A DNA stretch of 58,313 bases, filler included, from Dugesia japonica (taxonomy: Eukaryota), in the NCBI GenBank assembly GCA_001938525.1. It is 5 parts of 5 records of this genome, joined end to end, with 100 filler letters (N's around TTAATTAATTAA, not from the genome) between each part and the next. Parts side by side here need not be neighbours in the genome. Positions count along the whole stretch, not along the records: positions 14,885 to 29,841 come from MQRL01586119.1; positions 29,942 to 38,377 come from MQRL01404472.1; positions 38,478 to 48,512 come from MQRL01648548.1; 2 more parts are not named here. The stretch is one strand, 5' to 3'. The notes below the pieces were generated by a model. It did not search any database, was not told where the DNA came from, and was given only the letters and a program-made list of their open reading frames with translations. Shown piece by piece: positions 28,971 to 41,600 of the stretch (within the stretch, counting starts at the first letter, position 1; every line of letters starts with the position of its first letter). The position numbers and the translations under genes were made by a program.

Positions 28971-29841
28971 TAGGGCGGTTTTTTTCCTATAAATACGTTT
29001 TTTTCAACTTTAAATGGTAAAAAAGCTATTTATTATAGTTATGTAAAATTTAAATGTTTCTGGAAAATTTTAAAATTTTTATCAATTTTTTAATCAATCT
29101 TTAATATTATTTGGTAAATTAAACCCATCCCTCAACCAAAACAGAACGATAATGATTTGATCAGAAGATACACTCAACAATACCCACCAGAATTCTGCTT
29201 TGGACCACATAAAACATTATATTGTAATATTTGTAATACCAGGGTAGATTTTAAAAAGAAATTTAACGTGGATGCTCATCAAAAGACAAAAGGTCATGTT
29301 GTACTCAACAGAACTATTTTAATACAAACATTCTTTAGCCCTACAGATAAGGGATTTACATCTTTGGTGGTAGAAGCATTTTTATCGGCTGAGATTCCGC
29401 TTGAAAAATTAAATAATACAAAGTTAAAGACTTTATTTTTGCGTATGAAACATAAATTACCAAGCAAATCGACAGCTCGTAACTACGTAAATCAAGTCTC
29501 AGCGCAAGTTGATTTAAAAGTACAAATTAAATTACAAAACAGAAAGATTTTTATTGTTTTTGATAAAACCGAAATACTCGAAAAAAAATATTGTAACGTA
29601 ATGTGTGGGTGCATTGAATCTCCGCATGAAATGTGGCTTATAAACTCAGTTGCTATAACAACACCGGCAAACTCAACCCTTTTTGTAAGTATAATAGATG
29701 GTTCTCTGGAAAAGAATAATGTTAAAACTTCTAGTTTTATGATGCTAGAAAAATCAAGAAATCATAGTTTTCTACATGTAAAATGTCTTGCCCATTTAAT
29801 TCATAACTGTTCTATGCGCATTCGTGCAGCCTATGCAAATA
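28971..29841 (+). mobile_element. hAT-superfamily transposase of the CGGBP1/DUF659-like type (5' part; ORF 29157 to contig end)
   Basis: Zn finger LYCNICNTRV...DAHQKTKGH, then EAFLSAEIPLEKLNN, LPSKSTAR, IFIVFDKT and the CxxH motif HVKCLAHLIHN. TAGGGCGG terminus at 28971. Confidence 0.75.
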
Positions 29842-29941
29842 NNNNNNNNNNNNNNNNNNNNNNNNNNNNNNNNNNNNNNNNNNNNTTAATTAATTAANNN
29901 NNNNNNNNNNNNNNNNNNNNNNNNNNNNNNNNNNNNNNNNN
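29842..29941. other. Artificial contig linker
   Basis: TTAATTAATTAA at 29886-29897 between N runs. Confidence 0.9.
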
Positions 29942-30733
29942 TGGAGGTAATAAGCCACAATTCATTGCTTCTCGTGGTCAATTCTATTTTATTAACTGAA
30001 ATAACTTCTCACGAATATCTCCGATTACTTTTCATGCCACATAATTTCATTAAGGTTAATAATATCATCAACAAATACACAATTTACAATATAATTTAAC
30101 ATTCGGAATAGGAGATCCTCTTCGTATGCAATTAAGTTAACTTTATAGTTAACAGCCATGGGATCAGATTCTAGTGTAACATCAGAACAATAATAATTTC
30201 CAAATCATTTTCAATAATTTATTATAATTTAAATGATATTTTTAGCAAAGGTAATAACTAACAAAAAGTATTTATTACAATAAACTTTGATAATTTTTAT
30301 ATCATTGTATTTTCATAAGAAATGCCCCTGATATGATCTGAAAATGGTTATTTAGACCAAGAATTACATTATTATATTTATATTGGGAAATCACAAAGAG
30401 CAATGATATAGACTGTTCTCGTCTGAAATATTTTCCAGGTATCTACTAGTTTTTTTAATTTTCAATTACATTGAAACAAATTTCTTTTACTTTTTAATGA
30501 TTATTTTGTGATCTTGAAATTAAAGAATTTTTACAGAATGTATAAATTGATAAGAATACGATTTGTAGAACATTAGATTTAGTAGCTTTAAGATTTTTTA
30601 AAATTTAATTTCAAAAATAATCATAAATTAATAACTTTGCAATTCTTTTAAATAATACAAAAAGCGTGTATAAAAATATGTTTAAAAAATGTACAAAAGT
30701 TTCAATTGATATATTAGAATACAATTTATTTCT

Positions 30734-31390
30734 TGAATATTGATTTATTGAATACTGATTTATTGAATATTGATTAATTGAATATTGATTTACTGAATAT
30801 TGATTTATGAAATATTGGTTTATGGAATATTGATTTACTGAATATTGATTTATTGAATATTGATTTACTGAATATTGATTTATTGAATATTGATTTACTG
30901 AATATTGATTTATTGAATACTGATTTATTGAATATTGATTTTATGAATATTGATTTATTGAATATTGATTTACTGAATATTGATTTATGAAATATTGATT
31001 TATTGAAAATTGATTTACTGAATATTGATTTATGAAATATTGATTTATTGAATATTGATTTACTGAATATTGATTTATGAAATATTGATTTATTGAATAT
31101 TGATTTACTGAATATTGATTTATGAAATATTGATTTATTGAATATTGATTTACTGAATATTGATTTATGAAATATTGGTTTATGAAATATTGATTTACTG
31201 AATATTGATTTACTGAATATTGATTTACTGAATATTGATTTACTGAATATTGATTTTTGAAATATTGATTTATTGAATATTGACTTACTGAATATTGATT
31301 TATTGAATATTGATTTACTGAATATTAATTTATGAAATATTGGTTTATGGAATATTGGTTCGCTGGATATTGATTTACTTAATATTAGTT
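30734..31390. repeat. 15-bp minisatellite, consensus TGAATATTGATTTA(T/C), about 43-44 copies
   Basis: Direct reading; variant units ending TTATTG, TTACTG and TTATGA. Confidence 0.95.
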
Positions 31391-34300
31391 AACAGAATAA
31401 TGAAATATTAAAAAAATAACTTCATTTTTTCTGTAATGTAACGTTCAATGAATTAAATGGGTTTTTATGATTAGAATGAATATTATTAGAAATTTATATT
31501 CAAGGGTTCACAACTCAAAACTTGTTTGCTACAACACGTTTTGAGAAAGTAACTGTCATTTTCAGACAAATTTAAATTTCATTTTTAAATTTTATTGTGC
31601 CATAATTGAATAGTTAAATGAGCATTTAAGCAAATATATTTTTTAAACAAATGTTTTTTTAGATTTTTCATCATCCGAAGATTCCCGAACAAAATTTAAG
31701 TCCAAAACTACACATAGCAGATAAGGTAATTTTTGGAATTTTTTCCATTTTAATTAAAATTTAAAAAAATATATTTCATTAATTTAAATCAACTTAAATG
31801 ATTTTAATCCTTAATTGTTACTTTATTTTAGCAATTTACAGTTTAATTACCACATAATTTGATGAAAAAAATTATTTTCAATTTCTGAGCATTAATTAAT
31901 TTTAAAAATGTTTTATCTATGAATTTCTTTTCAAAATCTCTAAAATATCTGATTACATTTTTTATTAGTATTGATTTTTGTTTTAATCACTATTATCATG
32001 TAATCAGTTAAAATCAATTCATCGGAATTTTTTTTCAAATCTATTTTTAATTTATACCAGAAGCACCAAATACTTCTCAAAAGCTATACAAGTATCCCTC
32101 GTATAACACGGTGATTACGTTCCAGAAAATTTACTCATTATGTTGATCTCGTTATTTGAGACTCAGCTTTCATATAAAATACANGNTTATGCTCCAATTA
32201 TTTTTTCCGAAATAAAATACTAAGTTATATATGCATGTTTCGAGTCAAACTTACAATTTCAACTTTATAAAAAAAAATTTAAAAATAAAATTAACCAAGA
32301 ATTTCCACAATTTTACAATCGCGTTGTAAAACTATCGCTTTTTACGACGAATATTTGTATTCATAAATATTTACAATTTCTAGATAATTTTCTTATAAAT
32401 TATCTCATTTGAATACCTNTAAAACAACATTTAAATAATAGAATTCAAAGAAATGGTAAAATCCATTATCAGGCATTTTTAAAAAATCCATTTTATAATG
32501 ATTTAATACGTTGTGATTCCATAAAAAATTATATACAGCAAAAATTAATACTAGCCCCAAAATTTTATCAAATAATTAATTGAAAATGTTGTTTACATTT
32601 TCCATCGTTAAAATTGAATCAGCGAAACTAGGGAAACCTTAAAAAAACATGTTTTATGAATATTTATATTTCCCACCTTATTTAATGTTGTGATTATTCA
32701 TTAAGTTTGAACTGTTTATTGAACAATCTTAATGTTGCATTACAAATAATTCATTTTAATCATATTTGTAAGACTTTACAATTAAATTGATCATAATATA
32801 TTTATTAATAACACAAATGGCACACTAAGATAAATATGTATATTGATTATGATGAATCAATATTATAATAATGTATAAGCACTACATATCATAAACACAC
32901 TCATAAATTGAATAATATGTTCACATATTATCAAACACTTATGTCAATTTACTAGATAGATTTTATAAAGATCGATATAAAAATATTATATAATTAACAA
33001 TCGTATCTAATATTTCTCCCTTTTAAATCATTTATTTTTTTTATCATACTTCTACTATTTTAATTTAATTATAATTTAAAACTTTTATTATACATTTTCT
33101 CTTTAATTTATGCTGGTCTTTCTCATCTGTTTTTATTTTTATTTGGATGTTTTCTTCTAATTAAAACTTTATCACCAATATTAAATTCTCGAATAGTAAT
33201 ATTCTTTTCTATTTTTTGGAACTTCCGTAGCTATTTAATTTGTAAATAATTCCTTTACTCTTTATATTTCTTTCAATGAAATTTGTTTGATAATTTCTAA
33301 CTATTTAATATTAATTAAAATTTATTTATTTAAAATATTCTGCCATGATTTTTTCAAAGGTTAAACTTTGTTATCCATTTCAAGTATGCAAACTAAAAAT
33401 AAATATATTTTCTTATTTTAAAACAAATTTTTCAGATATTCATACTAGAAATGCTTATTGTTAAAGCAGATACTTATTTGGTAATTTAAAACAACCTTTC
33501 ATTGTTCATTGTTCAATTAATTCATAGTAAATATAGACATAAAAAACCGAAATTACTTTCCCAACAACTTAATATTAAATAATACTCGTAATATGCTTTT
33601 TATAATGAGTATTACATAATTATAGTAACTATTTAAATATTTAAAATTCTTCACAAAAAAAAACTTGGCGGCAGCCACAAAATTGGAAATTACAAAGATT
33701 TAGCTGAAAACATAAAAAGATTTTATCAAATATGCACTTTGACAGCGGCCTACAAAAAAAAAGAAAAGAAAAATCAATTTAAATAAACTATAGAAAATTT
33801 AAGTCAAAGGTTGACCTTGGCAAAAACTGTAAATAAGTGCCAAAGAACAATCTATAAACAAATCTAAATAAATTATAAAAAAACAAATAAATTTGTATTA
33901 TAATATGAAACTAGTGAACATCATCTATATATTAGAAATGAACCATAGATTAGGAAACACATTTTTATATAGAAAAAAATCCAACGAAAGTTCCATAAAG
34001 TTATTATCAAAAGAAACATTCGAGTATATAATAGTAGTTTTGTATTTAAAACTACTTAGTTATTTGTTGGTTAAAATTTATACTTATTTCTGATTTATTA
34101 CTCTCAATGTATTTTAAAACCCATTGTATAATAGTAAAATTATTTAACGATAATAAAATTTACCACAGTGACAAACGAATTTCGCAAAATGTTTATAACA
34201 TTCACTCAGGCTGTACTAACACTTTCTCTAGAGACTTTGTCGGACTCTAAATAATTTAAAACTTTTTTTAGAGTTTTAAAATTTTAAAAATTGTTTTTAA

Positions 34301-35569
34301 CCAAAGATCTGTAAATAACTAAATAATTTTGATGAAAAAAATTTTTTTTTAAATTTTTCACAAGCAAGTTTAAAATTTTCTTCTTTTTTCTTCTATTTTA
34401 TAAATTTTTCATTATTTCGGCTATGCTTTATTTAGGAAATTTTGTTTAATTAATTCTGTTATAAATTTACAAATGCAGACATAATTTACATTAATCTGAC
34501 TAAAACTAAATTTTCATTGGTTGGTAATTATAACATTTAATTGATTGAAAATNTTCTCGGTTATTTTNTTGCTAACATTTAAATAAAACTTTTTTTAAAA
34601 TTTTGAAAATTTAAAAAATTTTCTTTTAATACATTTATTTTTAAATAACTAAATATGGATAGGAAAAATATTGAAAAATTTTTCTAAAATAGAAGAACAA
34701 CAATTTTGACCTAGTTTGTGAAAAATTTTAAATAAAACGTTTTTTCATCAAAAATATTTAGTCTAAATAATTCTTTCAACAAATAAAATAAAATAATAAA
34801 TTATAAAAGATTTAAGGTATAGGAATAAGTTACTAAAACATATTTCCGAAGCAATATCAAAAGTACGACCATTTTTAAAACATAACATAACAATACGTAA
34901 AATAGATATATAAATCTAAAGTTATATTTTAAAAAACATTTTATTCAATTAGTTTAGTGTTTATTTCAATAAAAATAATATTATAATTAACCATAATGTA
35001 ATTAATTTGTTTTCAATTAATAATGACATTAAATTAATAGCAATTCACGTAACTGTTAAAATGTATGCATTTATAAATTACTGATATGTATCACTTCGTA
35101 ATGATATTTTTATTAATTATAATTATAAGTTAATGTAATATATTTACACTATTAAACTATTATTTGGGAAAGAGAAAATTATACATAGATTTGTCAATTT
35201 ATTTATAGAAAATACATACACAACAATAAATAAACAATATTTTCTATTTTTTCTTTTTGTAAAAATTATTAATTGTCACAACCAAAATTTTCTTTTATAT
35301 TGGTATTAATTAGTAAAATTAAATATAAAATCTTGAATTCACGAATTTCTTTAGAAATTGTTNTCCAATAATTCATGTAAATTTGAAATTGGAATAATTT
35401 TCTGGAAAGTAATTAAAAATACTTTGTTTGAATCAACGGTAATTAAAAATCTGTTTAAATTAAATTAATTAATATTACTGTGATTAAAAAATAAGGCAAC
35501 TTTTTTAAATAAAACACAAACTAATTATTTAATATTTAAAACCTTTATTGGTTTTTTCTCCTTTAAAGT

Positions 35570-36110
35570 ATTACTTTCTCGTTGCAATACAAATTTGTCG
35601 GCGTTGAATTGTCAGCATATATTTCGATTTTGGTTTTATTGATTTCACTAACTCATATTGGATGCTTCAACGTGGTTTCTCTAATTGACTCAATAGAATG
35701 AAATCAATTGGAGAGATATCTGGAGAATTCAGTAATTGTGAGACAATATTTGCTGAATGTTTACCAAAAAACTCATGAATGATGATTCAAAATGATTCAA
35801 GCCAAAAGCTTCAATTAAAATGACATCAACTGAACTTGTTGATATGTCAACATTTTCAGCAAGCTTTATCACAGTTAATTGATAATTCTTNTNATTTNTT
35901 TGACATTTTAGTCAATTATTGATTTTGGCGGATGACGATTGATCATTTTTTATTGACTCACGACCTTCTCTGACGAGCTTATTCCACTTGAATACAGTTT
36001 TATTTGATTGTGATTGATCAACAAATGCTTTCTACTACATATAAAGAGTTTCAAAAGCATTATAGTTTATTTTTCACAACTTAATTTGTTCAAATATATA
36101 AACCATTTTA
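35570..36110 (-). mobile_element. Highly degenerate mariner remnant
   Basis: Minus strand reads TVFKWNKLVREGRESIKNDQ (HTH region), with an LKHP.. motif near 35660. Confidence 0.55.
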
Positions 36111-36498
36111 AAAATCCTATAATTTGATTCTAATAAACTAACAAAATTATATATCAATGATATGCATATTAAATTGAAGAAAGATTTGAACGATAATACG
36201 GAAAAAAAGCAAATTCTTTACTTAGAAATTTTTGCGAGTTTAAAATTAAAATATCACATTACTCTTTGAATGCAGTAGTCAAATATACATAAACTGGAAA
36301 AAGCAAAACTTTGATGAATATCAAATTATATTCTTTGCTGAAAAATAGATTCACTGTAGCGTAACGAATATGACTGGTATTCCTTCANAGGTTTAGTGTA
36401 TAACGAATTAAATGTTTTTTCATAAATGGCTTTTATAGTATTAGCTTCGATCAAAATAAATTAAGGATTAAGTAAGGATAAAGTTTCGTTACATCACT

Positions 36499-36732
36499 GC
36501 ATGCGCTACTATCTATCTACTATTATCTTTTCATTAAAATGCATAGTAGATAGATAGTCGGGCACTGGCAGAGCAACACAGTTGAAATTTTTTTTAAATA
36601 GTCAAGCACTTTTTAAAAGGTTTTTTAAGAAGACCAGCACAAACACAGATGGTGAGGGGTACTGGCCAATGTGCCACTATTTACTTACTCTGTATTTTAA
36701 TATAAAGATAGTTGATAGATAGTAGCGCACTG
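36499..36732. mobile_element. MITE-like foldback nested in a mariner-end MITE
   Basis: TGCGCTACTATCTATC(T/A)ACTA inverted pair at 36502 and 36730, plus a second internal inverted pair. Confidence 0.45.
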
Positions 36733-37183
36733 AACCAAACTTAATTTATGTTGATCAATCAAATTTCAAATGCGATCAATGGTTAAGTCCAACAATTATT
36801 CTCGCAATAATTGTAATTATAAATATTGTTTATCTTATTTTTTATAGATTTTTTCACGTTAAGAAAGAAATAGCCTTATTAGTAATACGAATTATTAGTG
36901 TAGATATAAATTATCAGACTAAAAAGATTTTCTTTGATATACTTGTTAAAATAAATAATTAATTAATAATTTTTTTTAATATTTTGAAATGTACTTTTAA
37001 ATTTTGACAAGAATTAGATAAATTAAAACAATATTCTGTTTTAGATTGAAGTTTTTTATGGAGTGTGTAAGTTAATCTTATATTGTTTAAAATAATGCAA
37101 ATCAGTAAAAAATATTTTATTTTTCTTGAATTAAATTATGTGTCGAAATTGAATTATTTTTTTAGTTAAATTAAACTTTAATC

Positions 37184-37469
37184 CAGGAGTGGCCAGACTT
37201 TTTCCTACAAGATCTGAAAATCCTAAACTCAGAATTTCAAGAACCGCAATTAGAGAAATGTTTTAATTGTTTATTATTTGAATGCATATTTACAAAGTAT
37301 ATACATATTTGCACATTTTACAATTTCACATGCATTAAAAATACTCAGAAAATTTTTTTTACTGGTTGAACTTTTTATTAACTAAATTTTCGCCAGACCA
37401 ATAATATTTTTCCGGCTATGGATAAAGCTATATTGAAAACACAGAACAGTCACAGTTTGACCACTCATG
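37184..37469. mobile_element. hAT/Charlie-type MITE
   Basis: Ends CAGGAGTGGCCAGACT and AGTTTGACCACTCATG match Charlie-like TIRs. The TSD is not preserved. Confidence 0.5.
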
Positions 37470-38378
37470 GAATTAAATAATTTATTCATAATTACATTAC
37501 ATCTTAGATGTAAAAGTTTTATTAATATTTATTTTAGTCTTTTATAGAAGTAAAGAAATATAGCATCGTCCGTTGTTGTCCTTATCAAGTAAAAATTTTA
37601 CAGTGATAATTGTTTTCAAAAACATTATAAATTGGTAAATCTTTAAAATTTTTCTTTCATTTTCAAGGTGTTCTTTAGTCATGATAGCTCTTGAAGTTTT
37701 ATTTACATGTATGTTTTCTTATAAGTGATAATTTTGTTGTTGAAATATTTTCTCATCAAACAATAAAATATTTTTATAGGTTTCTTGAAATTAAATGAAA
37801 AAAAAACATAAATAATTATAAATAATTTGAAAAAAATTTCATATAAACTAAGTGAAAATATTTTTCTGTAATATTTTGTTTTTTTTTTCAATCAATATTC
37901 TTTTGTTTTTTATGGAAGAAATTATTTTATATCTGACAATCATTTTTATTAGAATAAATTCCTTTGAAAATGTTAACTAAGATCTTGTTTTATCAAATTT
38001 AATCTAATATTATCAATTTGACATAGAAAATTGACATTTGTGATAATTGTAGAAGAGAAATCTGAAAGTGACGTAATGACGTAATCTATTGATTTGGTAA
38101 ATTGTTAAAATTTAATTGATTTAATTATTTATTGATTTTCTTTATTTATAATATTAATTTCAAATTTTTCTCTTACAAAATTAGATTTTACATAATATAT
38201 TTTTCAATAATTAATCAAACTTAATGTAATACTCTTTTTGTACCAGCGTTTCCAAACATTATACTTATTCCGAGAATTTTGTAACTTGACGTTAGTATAT
38301 TTTCTACTCCGTCTTGCAGTAACTTATTCAATTGATTTAAGTGATGAAAAATAACTACTAAATAAACTAGCGTTTGTN

Positions 38379-38477
38379 NNNNNNNNNNNNNNNNNNNNNN
38401 NNNNNNNNNNNNNNNNNNNNNTTAATTAATTAANNNNNNNNNNNNNNNNNNNNNNNNNNNNNNNNNNNNNNNNNNNN
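38379..38477. other. Artificial contig linker
   Basis: TTAATTAATTAA at 38422-38433 between N runs. Confidence 0.9.
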
Positions 38478-38544
<67 letters not shown>

Positions 38545-38667
38545 AATGCTATCAAGTAGTTAATAATATTTTTTTAATTAAAAGGCCTTGATTGATTTCT
38601 GATTTTTTATAATATGATGCGATTAAAATAAAAATTTATTATATTAAAATTTATTATGGTGTTTTAG

Positions 38668-41600
38668 GGACTTATTGCTAGTACCACAATAAACTCGATG
38701 CTAACTGGAAATTCATTAGACAAATGTGAAGCTTTGTATTGTCTAGAAAAATTGTTTGTAATTCCTGAAAGCGTTTCATCAATAATACCGATAACAGACC
38801 TCAAAACAACAGCACTAAATGCTGTTAAAATATCTTTTACAAGTACAATATCAAGTTCATTTGCAAAATCAAGTACAAATATTAAAACAGCATCTCAAAC
38901 TGTTTCTAAGATGAAAATAAAACCATCAACAAGATACATAATCAAAGTATGATTTTTATGTTTTCATTTTATATTTCTTCATGTATTTATTGCATAAGTT
39001 TGGAATATGAAATCGTTTTATGAAATCATTAAAAGCCTATTGTATATACTATTTGTCTGATAATTTTTTTGTTATTAAGCCTTTAGAGAAGATAATTTTA
39101 TTTTTTACCAATTACCATAATTTACCATTTTTTATTTAAACATAAAATTTATTAAAAAACAATTTTTGAGCATAACAAAACGTTTGAAAAGAAATCAAAT
39201 CTAATAATTTTATTAGTAAAATTCAAAGTCTCACAAGTCTCCATAAATTGTTTATTGATTATTACAAGTCTTTTATTAAAATGAAAAATGATAAAGCACA
39301 ATTTACAATATTCAAAGAAATAATCTGAGAAATCTTAATAAATATTTTTCAAAAATATTGATTTTTTAAATTCCAAAATACTTTTATTTTACCTATTTCT
39401 TTAATTATTTTTAAACCTATTTTTACAAAATAATTTTTAAAATTTTATAATTTGGCATAATATAAAATATTTACTTTAATTTTAAAATACCTTTATTTTA
39501 CCTATATCTATAATTATTTTTAAATCTAATTCTATAAAACTATTTTTATAACTTTATAACTTAACATAATATAAAATATCGACTTTAATTTTAAAATACC
39601 TTTATTACATATATTTAATTATTTTTAAACCTAATTTTACAAAATAATTTTTATAATTTTATAATTCAACATAATATAATATATAGAATTTATTCAATTA
39701 ATTTGTATTTTAAAAAACCTGTTTTATATTTTATAAGTTTCCAAAACAATTTTTAATATTATAAATTAAAATTAAAACATCTCAGATATTTGAAATCCAT
39801 GAATCGATACTCACAATTATGTTATACATACATTTTTTGTGTACTTTTCATTATAAAATAGAAGTTAAATGTTATATAAAGAAATCTTATATTGTTCAAT
39901 ATGGTTGACATTTAAGTTATAACTTTTCCAATTTAACAAGTTTAAATATACCGTTTTTTATAAAACTCTACAGGCTTTGTTGGGAAATAACTACTAATAC
40001 ACGTTTTAACCAGTAAATTTTTCAACATTACGATGTTTTATATATTTTTAAACAAATAAAATTCCAAGAATTTATGACAAACTCTTTAAATCTTTCAAAA
40101 TCATCAAAAATCTATGTGATCTTTCAATATTTAACTGAATAATTACGCTTTATCTTTTGATCAAATTGAGCTTTTTTGTATAATAGTTCCTTTAATTGGT
40201 CACAATACTTAACATTTTTTATTTGCCTAGCTATAATAAGTTCAAAGTAAATAATGCGCGCCAACAAATTACTATTAAATAACGTGAAATGGTAATTTTA
40301 TTTTAAAAATTATATAAAGCCATTTAATTATCCAAAAAAGTTTAAAATAAATAGTGTCAATATTTTCATAAATCAATTAACATGTCATTTAGATAAATGC
40401 TTATATATCACGACAAGTTTCGACAGTATATCTGTCATCTTCAGGCAAACTGTTTAAAACTATGACTAGAGTATTTATACTAAAGTTCCGCATAATGCAA
40501 TCGATTATGTAATAGTCTCAATAACATTCCAATTAATTAAAGACTTTCAATAAAGATTTAGAAACACCAGTTTGAACATCAATTTTTGATGATATTATCT
40601 AATCATCAATGCTTCGCACACGATTCGTTCCAATAATCTTTAAAATTTCTGCACAAAATGTTAAAATAATTAATAATTATAGCTGATTTACATTGAATAT
40701 TGCGTTCTGCAATATTACTGCGACTTCCTTATTGACTATGTTCTTGATTCTTTTTACAGAGATGACGGTAAGGATTATAAACATTCGTATTTTTGAATAT
40801 CCGAATATTTTTTTGGCTATTCAAATTATTCGAATACTTTAAAATAAATTTTTTAAATAATTTGTTAAGTAATTTTTTGTAAAAATGATTTCTATTATTA
40901 TTAATACAGTACTATTTAATGTTTATTTATTACTACTATCATATTATATTTCTTTTTTCTTTTATTCTTTAATAAAATAATTTTTCAACGAAATAATAGC
41001 ATTTAATACTTTGTCATCTAGTCTAGATCGTAACTTTGTAGCAAACAAACCAGCACTAGAAAAGGTACGCTCACTTTCAATTGATGTAGGTTTAATTATT
41101 AGGTAAGCTTCATATAGTAATTCCAAATTAGATGTCCTCTTTTGGGTTGCCTCAAACAACTTGAATTCAACTTGCAAATGGTTAAATTGTGGGATTGATT
41201 AAGAAGTTTTTGTAGAGGTTTCATTTAATTTTTTCAAAGTAGCGTACAACTCTAACTTCATCGATTTTATTTCATTATTATTTTGATTTATAACATCATC
41301 GTCCCCATTATCATTTATATTATCAATAGCTGATTTATCGGAGAATGAACCTTTCATTTGATTTTTTTTCGTAATCAACTATTTGTTTCTCAGAATAATA
41401 TTCTAGCAATTTAGTTTTTTTCATAGAATGTGGATCATGTAAATATGTTAAAAGAGAAACCATTGGTAAATTGCCAAAATCAATTCTTTACTCAGATACA
41501 TGATTCACAACAGTTTTTTTGTTTCTTTAGCATCATATTTCTCAGGAATTCTAACAAGCCCAAGATTTATATAATTAGATTTTGAGTGCAAGTTAATATT

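Noticed and set aside
30734-31390. Possible CRISPR array
   Set aside because: Head-to-tail units without unique spacers, in a eukaryotic context.
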